This document shows positions 11,697-22,300 of a stretch of DNA of 64,000 bases, piece after piece. Origin of the DNA: Strigamia acuminata. Its lineage: Eukaryota. How positions within the stretch are numbered: the first letter of the stretch is position 1; every line of letters begins with the position of its first letter. The translations under genes were made by a program, and so were the position numbers. The stretch is taken from the NCBI GenBank assembly GCA_949358305.1, contig OX442314.1, forward strand, positions 27,280,001 to 27,344,000, given 5' to 3'. The notes beneath the pieces are model-generated. The model saw nothing but the letters and a program-made list of their open reading frames with translations, searched no databases and was not told the origin of the DNA.

Positions 11697-12569
11697 ATGG
11701 TTCAGACTCTTCTACCGAACTATAGAAGTGAATATGCGTTCAAAAATCGCGAGCCTTATAAGGAATGGAAACCGCAGCATTTGGGGCTCTATAGATATTT
11801 GCCCAATGCTTATTGGTATTACGATACCCCGGATGGTCAAGATTGTATGTCCAAAATGTGGTTTTGTATGAAAGCAGGGGCCTGCCTCGGTAAATCAAAT
11901 GCAAAATGAATTTCCACGCATTTATTTATCCCTATTAATCTCGTTATTTAGGTGGCGTCGCGTCAATTTATGACGTACTCATGTTCACCAAACCCATTGG
12001 CTACGCCAATGTTGCATTTCGGATTGCTCACGGATGGTTCTTCTCATCCAGTAATGAAAACAAACCATCAAATTCTTCAAAATCGATGCAAATTTAATAA
12101 ATCTTGACTTGTTTTATTCATTTTAGTGGCAACCGGTGCTACTTACAGCGCTTCCGTGTGCACTTCTTTAGATTTGAGGAAAAAAGACGACAAAGTTAAT
12201 CATTTATTTGGCGGTCTTATTGCTGGGAGTGTGTGGGGCGCTGCACGTGTGTATTTGAATAGGGTTTAATTAATCTGGTGGCGATAAGTGGAATTAATTT
12301 GAATTTTTGTGTTTGTAGGAGGATGTTTTGTTCAAGGCTCCGTCATGAGCGGGTTGTTAGCTCTGGTCGGCATGTACATTAAGGACTGCAAAGAATACAA
12401 CAGGGATATTTTGCCGAATGAACCGAATAAAGAGTGGGGGTTTTGGTTGACTTTTCCCGAATTTGATTTCACCATCACCGCAGACGAGACATTCGACGAT
12501 CGAACGTCGGATGCGTGTTATAGAAATACCAAATGGGCTTTCACTTGCCCGACTGCAGATTTGAGTTAA
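11697..12569 (+). CDS. NDUFA11: NADH dehydrogenase 1 alpha subcomplex subunit 11 (B14.7)
   Basis: Exons 11697-11889, 11952-12050, 12127-12246, 12319-12569 in frame. YYDTPDGQDC..K and LRKKDDKVNHLFGGLIAGSVWGA motifs plus hydrophobic Tim17-like helices. Confidence 0.9.
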
Positions 12570-12848
12570 AATGGTCGAATTGTAATGTAATTTAAAGTTC
12601 AAGTTTAGTTTCGTAGAGTTATATGAGTAAAATCATATAAATCCGACTTGTTGTATATTACCTGTAATAAAAATAGGAAATTTACATTGGTTGGTAATTT
12701 TCGTAACAGATGGCGTTTGCGAGAGCATTTTCTATACGATTTGTGAAGGTCGGATGATGTCATTTAACGCAAACTTGTATTCAAAAGTGAACTGGAAATA
12801 GATGAGTGAATTGAATCGACGAGCTGCTCTCGTTTGAGAATAGCCGAG

Positions 12849-15327
12849 ATGGAATTTACAAACTCGGGGTTTTTGAGTAAGTGAGTTTGTTTTTTCCAAT
12901 TTATTTTAAATGTTTAATCTTTTGTGTGTGGTTTCAAGGCGAGTCCGCGAAGAAGGAGAAGAACACCGACAAAATGGTAGACGATTTGGCTACGGTGATG
13001 GGATTCAGCGGATTCGGGAAAAAAGCAAAAACATTCGACGTCGATGCGATTTTCGAGCAGACAAAACGAACTGCCATCGAATACAGCAAGAAAACACTCG
13101 GTTTGCCACGATTTACTATTCAAACACACATTTTTATGATAAATTTATCATTTTTTAAATTTTATTTCCTTAGAAGCCCGTAATGTCGAAGAAGACAGTC
13201 AGAAAAAAATTGTAAACAACGAGACGGAAGAAAATGCAGATGGCGATGGAGCACAAACAGAAGGCGAAGGGGACGAGGAAAGCGATGATTTGATCGGCCC
13301 GCCGTTACCGGATGCTGAAACGGACCAAAACGAAGACACCAGAACGAAAATATCAACGGCTGAAGAAGATTTTGTGAATATATTTCAATTATTTTATAAT
13401 TTTGATGCAGAAAATTTCATTACGCAATGTTTTGCATGATTTAGTGTTGATGTTTACACGAATTAATACGATTTTTGTTGAATTTTACACGAATTAATAC
13501 GATTTTTGTTGAATTTTACACAAATTGATGCGCTTTTGTTGAATTTTGCACGAATTAATGCGATTTTGTGAGAATTTAACACGAATTAATGCGATTTTGT
13601 GAGAATTTAACACGAATTAATGCGATTTTGTGAGAATTTAACACGAATTAATGCGATTTTTGTTGAATTTTAGATGAACGAGATGGAAATACCCGCAACA
13701 CACGAGATCGAACTCCAACACGGGTTTAAAACTGTCTCGTCTATATCTGTTGACCCCGCCGGAGCTCGTTTCGTCAGTGGGGGTTACGACTACGACGTAC
13801 GATTTTGGGATTTCGCCGGAATGGATGCCTCGTTACAATCATTTCGCACCTTACAACCTTGCGAAAGGTTCAAAATAACTAAAAAAAAAAATTGATTATA
13901 AACAATTTAATAATTAATTTCGCCGTTTCTAGCCACCAAATCCGTAATCTCGAATTCAGCATCACCGGCGACTCGGTTTTAGTCATCGCAGGAAACGCCC
14001 AAGCGAAAATAATCGACCGCGACGGATTCGAAATCATGGAATGCGTCAAAGGAGACCAATACATCACGGACATGGTCAACACCAAAGGTCACGTGGGCAT
14101 GCTCCACGACGGCCGATGGAACCCCGTCGAGAAAAAAGAATTCATCACGTGTTCCGTCGACGGAACCGTGCGCGTGTGGCACACGCCGCACTGGAAAGCG
14201 CACAAGCACCTCGTGAAACCGCGCGCCGGCAACGGGCTGCGAACGGCACCCCTGTGCGTCTGCTACAACCGGGCGGGACAATTGATCGCGTGCGGCTGCC
14301 AAGACGGATCGATACAAATGTGGGACAGGCGGAAACATTTCGTCAACACTTCGCATCTGATCAGAAAAGCGCACACGAACGGATCAAACATGTCCTCCAT
14401 TTGCTTCTCGCACGACGACCTGCATTTGGCGAGTCGCGGCGGCGACGACACGCTCAAGTTGTGGGACATGAGGACGACGAAAAGCCCGCTGCACGTCGTC
14501 GAGGACCTCTTTAATTTGCTACCGATGACCGAATGCACGTTCAGTCCGAACGATAAATTAGTCATGACGACCACGTCGATCCGGAAGGGCGAAACGAGCA
14601 GTTGCGTCAAGGTTTTCGAGCGAGATTCGTTTAAATTGGTCACGACGATTCCCATACACAACACGGTAAAATGTGTTTTGAAAAAATGAAAAAAAAATTT
14701 ATTTTTAATTTATTTTAATTTTTAGAGCGCCGTTCGGTGTTTGTGGCACCAAAAACTCAACCAAATCCTCGTCGGCTGCTCGAACGGGAACATTAAAGTG
14801 TTTTACAACCCCAAGAAGAGCGACAGGGGCGCGAAATTGTGCGTCGTTAAGACGAAACGGAAGGAGAAGTTGTCCGAAATGGTGTCCGAACGACAGATCA
14901 TCACACGTAAAATTTAAATCGAACTTTAATCAGATTTTATTTTAATTAATATTTTATTTCAGCTCATGCGTTGCCGTTGTTCAAAGAGGAACGAGCGAGG
15001 AGTTCTCGCAAACAGATGGAGAAAGATCGGGCGGATCCGATCAAATCGCGACGTCCCGATCTACCCGTCACGGGGCCCGGCCAGGGCGGCAGGATCGCGG
15101 CTGCGGGCAGCACTTTGTCGTCGTATATCATTCGGAATTTGGGGCTGAAGAAGAAAGTGGACGACGAACAGGATCCCCGACAAGCGATTTTGAAGTTCGC
15201 GCAGGAAGCCTCCGATAATCCGTACTGGGTTTCGCCGGCTTATTCGAAGACGCAGCCCAAGACCATCTACCAGAAGGTGGAGGAGGAGGAGGAAGGGGAA
15301 CCCAACACGAAGAAACCCAGAATTTAG
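12849..15327 (+). CDS. WDR70: WD repeat-containing protein 70 (gastrulation defective 1 homolog), intron-containing copy
   Basis: Exons 12849-12876, 12939-13100, 13174-13373, 13674-13867, 13933-14665, 14726-14906, 14963-15327 in frame. Motifs VMGFSGFGKK, GYDYDVRFWDFAGMD, KGDQYITDMVNTKGH, ASRGGDDTLKLWD, HALPLF, AYSKTQPKTI. Confidence 0.93.
13456..13673. repeat. ~31-bp tandem repeat (acacgaattaatgcgattttgtgagaattta) x~7 in a WDR70 intron
   Basis: Directly visible; the last unit runs into the 3' splice site before 13674. Confidence 0.88.
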
Positions 15328-15874
15328 AATCTAATTGCAACTGTGAATGAATTTCTCGGCATCCGGCGTGTACAAAACGAATGTAATTTGTATTGTGTGT
15401 ATAGTTGGTCGTTTAATCCGATTAATCGACGGTAAGGGCCCTATAAGTGCCCTTAAAAATCAATGAAGGAACGTTAAATCGTAACGTTGAAAAAAAAAAA
15501 TATTTTATTGTATGGGGCCCCCCCGTGGGCCCCGCTGGTCGGACTATATTAGATATTAGAATTTTTGCATATTAATGCAATAAATTGTATTTTTTAAATC
15601 GACTAATAAACAAATTTTACTTAAATATTACTTTAATGGGTCCTTGGTGTGACGCTGTGACCCATGGCTTCCCCATGGACGCGGAAATGACGTCTTAATT
15701 TGGTAAAATGTAGTGGTGTTTGTGTTTCCGGTCCTTTGACCAATCGGGAGGGAGTATTGCATGTCCGCGACCCATGAACCAAATTCGTCGTTGATAACAT
15801 TACGGAAAATAAAGTTTTACCGTGTTGTGGGTATTGGACGATCAACTTAAGACGCTGGACGATAAATCTTGGAA

Positions 15875-17737
15875 ATGGAGTTCACTAAGACAGGTTTTTT
15901 GAACGAGTCACAGAAGAAGTCGAAGGTGAAGAAAGATTATTATAAAACCGACGCGCCGACGGACGATCTGACGTCGGTCATGGGATTCAGCGGTTTCGGC
16001 AGCAAAAAAAAGGCAAAAACATTTGACGTCGACGCGATGTTCGAGCAGACTAAACGAACGGCCATCGAATACTGCAAGAAAACGCAGGAAACTCAAACGA
16101 ACGAAGACGACGAGCAAAAAAACATCGAAACGGAGAAAAAACACGAAACCACGGACGAGGAAGCCGAGGATTTGATCGGGCCGCCATTACCCGAACCAGA
16201 CACGGACGAAAACCAAAACCAAAACGCCGACACGAGCTCAAAAATCCCGACAGCCGACGACGACATCCTCAACGAAATGGGAATCCCCGCAACGCACGAA
16301 ATCCAGCTCCAACACGGCCACAAAGCCGTCTCGTCGCTCTCGCTGGACCCCGCCGGAGCCCGTTTCGTGAGCGGAAGTTACGACTACGACGTCCGCTTCT
16401 GGGATTTCGCCGGAATGGACGCCTCCTTGCGCTCGTTTCGCACCATACAACCTTGCGGAACCCACCAAATCCGGAACCTCGAATTCAGCATCACCGGCGA
16501 CTCCGTTTTGGTCATTTCCGGCAACGCGCAGGCGAAAATCATCAACCGCGAAGGCCACGCACTCATAGAATGCGTCAAAGGTGACCAATACATCACGGAC
16601 ATGGTCAACACCAAAGGCCACGTCGGCATGCTGCACGACGGTCGGTGGAATCCCGTCGAGAAAAAAGAATTCATCACGTGTTCCGTCGACGGAACCGTGC
16701 GCGTGTGGCACACGCCGCACTGGAAAGCGCACAAGAACGTCGTGCGACCGCGCGCCAAGAACGGGCTGCGAACGGCGCCGCTCTGCGTCTGCTACAACCG
16801 GGCGGGACAGTTGATCGCGTGCGGATGCCAAGACGGATCGATACAGATGTGGGACAAGCGGAAACATTTCGTCAACACGTCGTGTTTGATCAGAAATGCG
16901 CACACGAACGGATCGAACATGTCCTCCATTTGTTTCTCGCACGACGATCTTCATCTGGCGAGTCGCGGCGGCGACGACACGCTCAAGTTGTGGGACATGA
17001 GGACGACGAAAAGCCCGCTGCACGTCGTCGAGGATCTCTTTAATTTACTCCCGATGACCGAATGCACGTTCAGTCCGAACGATAAATTGGTGGTGACGAC
17101 CACGTCGATCCGGAAGGGCGAAACGAGCAGTTGCGTCAAGATTTTCGAGCGAGATTCGTTTAAATTGGTCACGACGATTCCCATACACAACACGAGCGCC
17201 GTGCGGTGTTCGTGGCATCCGAAAATCAACCAGATTCTCGTCGGTTGCTCGAACGGGACGATTAAGGTGTTTTATAACCCAAAGTTGAGCGACGGGGGTG
17301 CGAAATTGTGCGTGGTTAAGACGAAACGGAAGGAGATCGCGGCCGAAACGGTGTCGGACGGACGGATTATTACGCCGCACGCGCTGCCGTTGTTCAAAGA
17401 GGAACGGCCGAAGAGTTCGCGACGACAGATGGAGAAAGATCGGGCCGATCCGATCAAGTCGCGGCGCCCGGAGTTGCCGGTCACCGGGCCCGGGCAGGGC
17501 GGGAGGATTGCGGCCGCTGGAAGTACTTTGTCGTCGTATATCGTTCGGAATTTGGGTTTGAAGAAGAAGGTGGATGATGACCAGGATCCCAGAGAAGCGA
17601 TTTTGAAGTACGCGCAGGACGCTTCTGAGAATCCATATTGGATTACGCCGGCTTACGCTAAAACGCAGCCGAAAACTATTTACCAGGAGGCGGAAAAGGA
17701 GGAAGACGAGCACGAAGCGAAGCGACCGAGAATTTAA
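15875..17737 (+). CDS. WDR70: Second WDR70 copy, intronless and intact (620 aa)
   Basis: Single ORF from ATG 15875 (MEFTKTGFL), colinear with the spliced upstream copy and lacking all six introns. Confidence 0.93.
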   Translation: MEFTKTGFLNESQKKSKVKKDYYKTDAPTDDLTSVMGFSGFGSKKKAKTFDVDAMFEQTKRTAIEYCKKTQETQTNEDDEQKNIETEKKHETTDEEAEDLIGPPLPEPDTDENQNQNADTSSKIPTADDDILNEMGIPATHEIQLQHGHKAVSSLSLDPAGARFVSGSYDYDVRFWDFAGMDASLRSFRTIQPCGTHQIRNLEFSITGDSVLVISGNAQAKIINREGHALIECVKGDQYITDMVNTKGHVGMLHDGRWNPVEKKEFITCSVDGTVRVWHTPHWKAHKNVVRPRAKNGLRTAPLCVCYNRAGQLIACGCQDGSIQMWDKRKHFVNTSCLIRNAHTNGSNMSSICFSHDDLHLASRGGDDTLKLWDMRTTKSPLHVVEDLFNLLPMTECTFSPNDKLVVTTTSIRKGETSSCVKIFERDSFKLVTTIPIHNTSAVRCSWHPKINQILVGCSNGTIKVFYNPKLSDGGAKLCVVKTKRKEIAAETVSDGRIITPHALPLFKEERPKSSRRQMEKDRADPIKSRRPELPVTGPGQGGRIAAAGSTLSSYIVRNLGLKKKVDDDQDPREAILKYAQDASENPYWITPAYAKTQPKTIYQEAEKEEDEHEAKRPRI

Positions 17738-18307
17738 TTTTGAATTTAATGTTGATATGTTTTATGTTTATTCAGGGCTCAGATTTCTTTGGGCTCCATT
17801 TCAGTTGATCAAATATTAATTTAAGAATACATGAATGTAAAAATAAAATGAAATAATCATTTTTAATGCTTATTTTGGTTTTATTTCGTTGGTATAAATT
17901 GGTAAAGGAATATTTATTTATATTTATGGTCGGCTACTGCCTGCATGGTGCCTGAGATGATGCGTGAGCTAGTTTGCATGAATGTCGTTTCAGAGCAGTA
18001 GTTTCAGTCGGAATTAATTTATTTTTATATTAAGTTTATTATGAGTGATTATTTAATGACATAAGTTGATTTCAATGCATGAATAGAATTTTTTTTGCAC
18101 TTAACATTGATCATGTTGCATGGACATGTGACAACCATATGCGCTTCCGTAAATCCATCAAGAACGTCGAACTCAAAGAATGGCGGCGGATTTATAAGGT
18201 AATTACGACTGTTTTATTATTCATAACTCAATTCTTTACATGAATGCGCCTACATATAGGCAGCACTGCACACAAAAGGCCATTTTGACTCGTGGACTCA
18301 CTCGAAA

Positions 18308-19094
18308 ATGAGTTTCGTTCCGAAGATACAGCTTTTTGGCAGTGCTTTGAATTTTTTCCTGCTTTATGCACTCGTCTCGTCCTATTCTCTCAACCGAATA
18401 AACCCTGACGGTTTGGATGAACTAGACGATGATGCAAAGGCGAAACTAAACCAAGTTGTTGACGAATTCAATAGTGGCAATAAACAAGTAAGTAAAAAAA
18501 AAAAAAAAAAAATAATTCGCAGTGTGTTTTTATTTTTTTAATTAAATTATTATTTTCTAATGTAGCAAATTAGGAAACAGATTTTTATTCATTTATTCAT
18601 TTATTTTTATTCAGGAAGCAAAGGAATTGCTGGACAATTCAGATCTGAGTCCAGAAATTAAAAAGGTTGTGGACGCAGCCATTGAAACGAATCCCGCAGA
18701 AGAGAAACAAATTCCTACGGAAGCCGATGGTGACCAGGTCAAAGTTGACGATGTTGAAGCAGAAGGTAAAAATGATGTTGATGAGAACAAACCTGACATT
18801 AATGCAATGCCTTTGACGGCGGAAGATGGAAACTGGTGGAAGGGAATTAATAAAGATGGATCCTTTCCCTACGTTGCCAAATTTGCCAACATGGAGAAAG
18901 AGGAGAGTGAAGACGACTTAAATACACAGGAAGCGCAGAACAACTTCAATGCCATCTTAAACACCGTTAGATCGGCAACGGCGGATCTCGAAGAAGCCGT
19001 CAAACAGGGAAAAGTTGACATGGAAAAGGCTTTGCAGCTGACTGATTTAGAGAACTTAGTTTCCTCTTTTCAGAACCCATTATTTGACCATTGA
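18308..19094 (+). CDS. Uncharacterised acidic, probably secreted protein (~219 aa, 2 exons)
   Basis: Exon 18308-18487 (hydrophobic N-terminus ending LLYALVSS, donor gtaagt) joins 18615-19094 in phase 0. TATA-like catatata ~18254; aataaa ~19128. Confidence 0.7.
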
Positions 19095-19314
19095 ATCAGT
19101 AACTACTGATTATTATAACTGGATTTGAATAAAAAATTAAATCTCATTTCTTTGGGTGTATAATTTTTTTTTTTAATAATCTAATATTACAATCTAAAAA
19201 TAAAACTTTCCAGTGGATATTTTTTTTTCTTTTTCTCTTTTCTTCTTTTTTTGTAATATATTAAAATTCTCTCTCTTATTTTACATGATATACCAACTTG
19301 TTGATACCTGAAGT

Positions 19315-22300
19315 TTATGTGTTACTCACAACTCTGCTTTCACTTCCGGCTTTTTTATGCAGATTAAATAAGACGTAATGGAGTACTAAATCATAACAGT
19401 ATTTGTACTCGGTCTGAAAAGAAAGATAAATTGATTTACTATAAAGCTTTTATGTGAACATGCTTTTGCAATTCACCTCCCTATTCCTTATGGGATTCAA
19501 CCATTGGCTTAACAAGCCACAAAACTTCTATGTAAACATCAACAGCCTTAAAATTTCCATTAAACTTTCCATTTGAATGCATTTTTTTTTACCAAACATA
19601 CACTAGATCAGAACTTATTAAACTGTGGGTCGCGAAATGACCCTAAACATACTTCAGAGTGATTTAATGACATTAATGGTGCTCTCAAACTTACAAACAA
19701 TTAACTAAAACTACATACAGGCCTATCGATCCAACGACATTAATATAGAGTTTGCGGGATGCATTTTTCCCTTATATTGTGCCACGTTAGACTATTTTAG
19801 TGCCATATCGTAAGGGAAAAATTTTTAGTGTATCGTTTTCAACACTAAATTAAAATATAGCGCAGCCAATAAGAATTGAAACACTATATTGTTAGCTCCG
19901 CCCATTGCAAATGGCGATTATTTTGTTGTCCCGATCAAACACATCACAGTCATATGTACGTAGATTGAATGATAAGTGAGGCTCTAAATTGAATTTTAGG
20001 CCCAAAACCATACTTTATAGGCATAATAATGGAATTTTATGCAGAAATTTGGACATTTACGTCCCCAAATTGAATTTTTAGGTCCAAAATTACTAACTGT
20101 CAGTAGTTGGCTGAAATAGTGTAGTGATAAGGGAAAAGTGCAGCTTGCAAAAACTTATTTTATCATTTTTCCCTTACACTATTTTCATACTGTATAGTCT
20201 TTAACTGTAAAGGAAAAATGCATCCCGCAAACTCTCTAATATCATTAAATCACTCTATTAGTTATCAAAAAGATAGATGAGATAGATGTTTTTATACTAA
20301 AGTGGAGGACCGGCAGCTTTTTTTGCTAACGGACTATAATATTGGAACTTCTATTATATTTTTCACATATGGTGTAATGTTTAAGGGGCAAGCTGACACC
20401 CTGGCCAGTCCGCCACCGCCGGCACTGGTCTGCAGAACATCATTTTTAGAAGCGCTGTATCAGATGTTGAAATCATTTTGTGGCATGTAAACTGAAGTTT
20501 ACAATGATCGAAATCTGAGGGGATGGCGAATGCTCAATAAAAAAAATGTGTACGTGCCATATTTTCTATAAGCGCTGGTCTATGCCGCCTCACTGTTTTA
20601 ACCGCTTGGAAAACATCTACTTCTTGGTGTTGTCGCACTTGCTCAATTGCGGAGTTCGCGGCACAGTAAACACCAACTCTGCTAGCTCCGTCACTAAATA
20701 AAAGTGAAAAATTGATTTTAATTTCCGGTGCATTCAACGTTTTTGTTGTTGGATACTAAAAACTGCCGTAAACCTTCATTACAAATACCAAAAAAAGCAT
20801 GTAAACAGAAACTTTGAATGAACCTACTGATATTTTACGACCGAATTTAATTTGTGTGTAAAGTTTACTAATGAGATTTTTTTTTCTTTTATTAATACAG
20901 CATTGTTGCCTGTGAAGCATACCTAGATATTACAAGAACTGGTCCAAACCCGGATCTCTGCCGCCATCTCTCCACCATATTCATGAGTTCTACAAGCGCA
21001 TTAGTTGACGTTGGAACTCGATGTCCCATTGGCCAACACATGAATTGGAAAAATTGAACTGTTTTTGGTTCTGCCTTAACACCAGCCATCAACTCTTGCA
21101 ACGAAACTACCTAAGGTACGAAATTAAAATCAATTTATTTCTTCCCTAAAACAAAATTATGTAAATAATAATTTTAATACAAAAGAACTTGGCGAAAATA
21201 ATTAGATAAGGTAAAAAGAGATAAGAATTATTGGGTATAAAACAAAATCAAACATTCAAACCTCAGGACTATCAGGAGTATTATTGGTTGGTTGAAGTGC
21301 AACTGGTGTTTGTCTATTGGGCTCGGATCGGAGCTGTAAGGATCATGCGGAATGTGATGCCAAATCATGCAAAAATTACTACAAAAATTACTTAACGACA
21401 AATCAAACTTAAAGACTAATTTAACTAATTGGGATATCCCTATGAGAGGATTTACCGTATTATTTTATGTAAAATTGCTTACTGATACTGAGCGTCGTAT
21501 TTTGTTGTTTACCTTTTTATTGATTCTGAAGATCCATGTTCTCACGTTAGGATAATGGTTACTGGACACTGATTCTACAGTAAAAATAGGCCCATATTTG
21601 ACTGTTTTGCCATTTTCAGGCCAAAAGGAAGGATATTGCTGTAATAGAGAAACATTTCTTGTTAGGAAGATTCCACGCAGTGTGCATTGACTTTTATATA
21701 CCTTGTGTGGATCAATTTTTTCTTTTTCATTTTTGTCCCCATTAGTTTTTTCGTCTGTGGGTATCTGAAAATAACAAAATATTTTATTCAAAAATCTGTT
21801 TTCTATCGATCCAATTGATCCGCTGTAATTCCTCTGACAGACAGCGCGAGGAGTCTTCGATTTGATTTGATTTCCAAAGAGGAAAGAAAGTAACAAAAGG
21901 TGCTTTTACTTCACCGGATTCACGTGAATGACCGAACTTTTCAAGTGTTCGGAGTAGGGTTTCTCCTATTCGGGGCTTTTGGTAAAAGCGGTATTTCGGT
22001 ATTCAATATTAAAAAAAACCGGTAGATCGGTATTTTTCGTTTATAAAGTAAAATAAAATAGCTACAATGTTAAATATTTTTATTTTAATCGTAATGTTTT
22101 AATTGTAATTTTTTTTTTTAAATTATTATTTTGAATGGGTTGTAGCAGTTTGATGAATGTGGGATTATGTTATGTCATCAGGTGTTGGTTTTATTAGTTG
22201 AAATTGAATTTTTTTTTTAAATTGTTAAATTGAGAGTTTATAAGATTTTTAAGTTAAGAAATTCGATAAATTCTCATTTTTAAGTTAAAAAATCGATATA

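Noticed and set aside
13456..13673. CRISPR-like appearance of the 31-bp repeats (also 535-720)
   Set aside because: Head-to-tail units with no unique spacers, no cas genes, eukaryotic intron.
13979..17713. Long antisense and alternate-frame ORFs over WDR70 (e.g. 16238-17023, 17045-17713)
   Set aside because: Shadow ORFs expected from GC-rich codon usage; no recognisable motifs.
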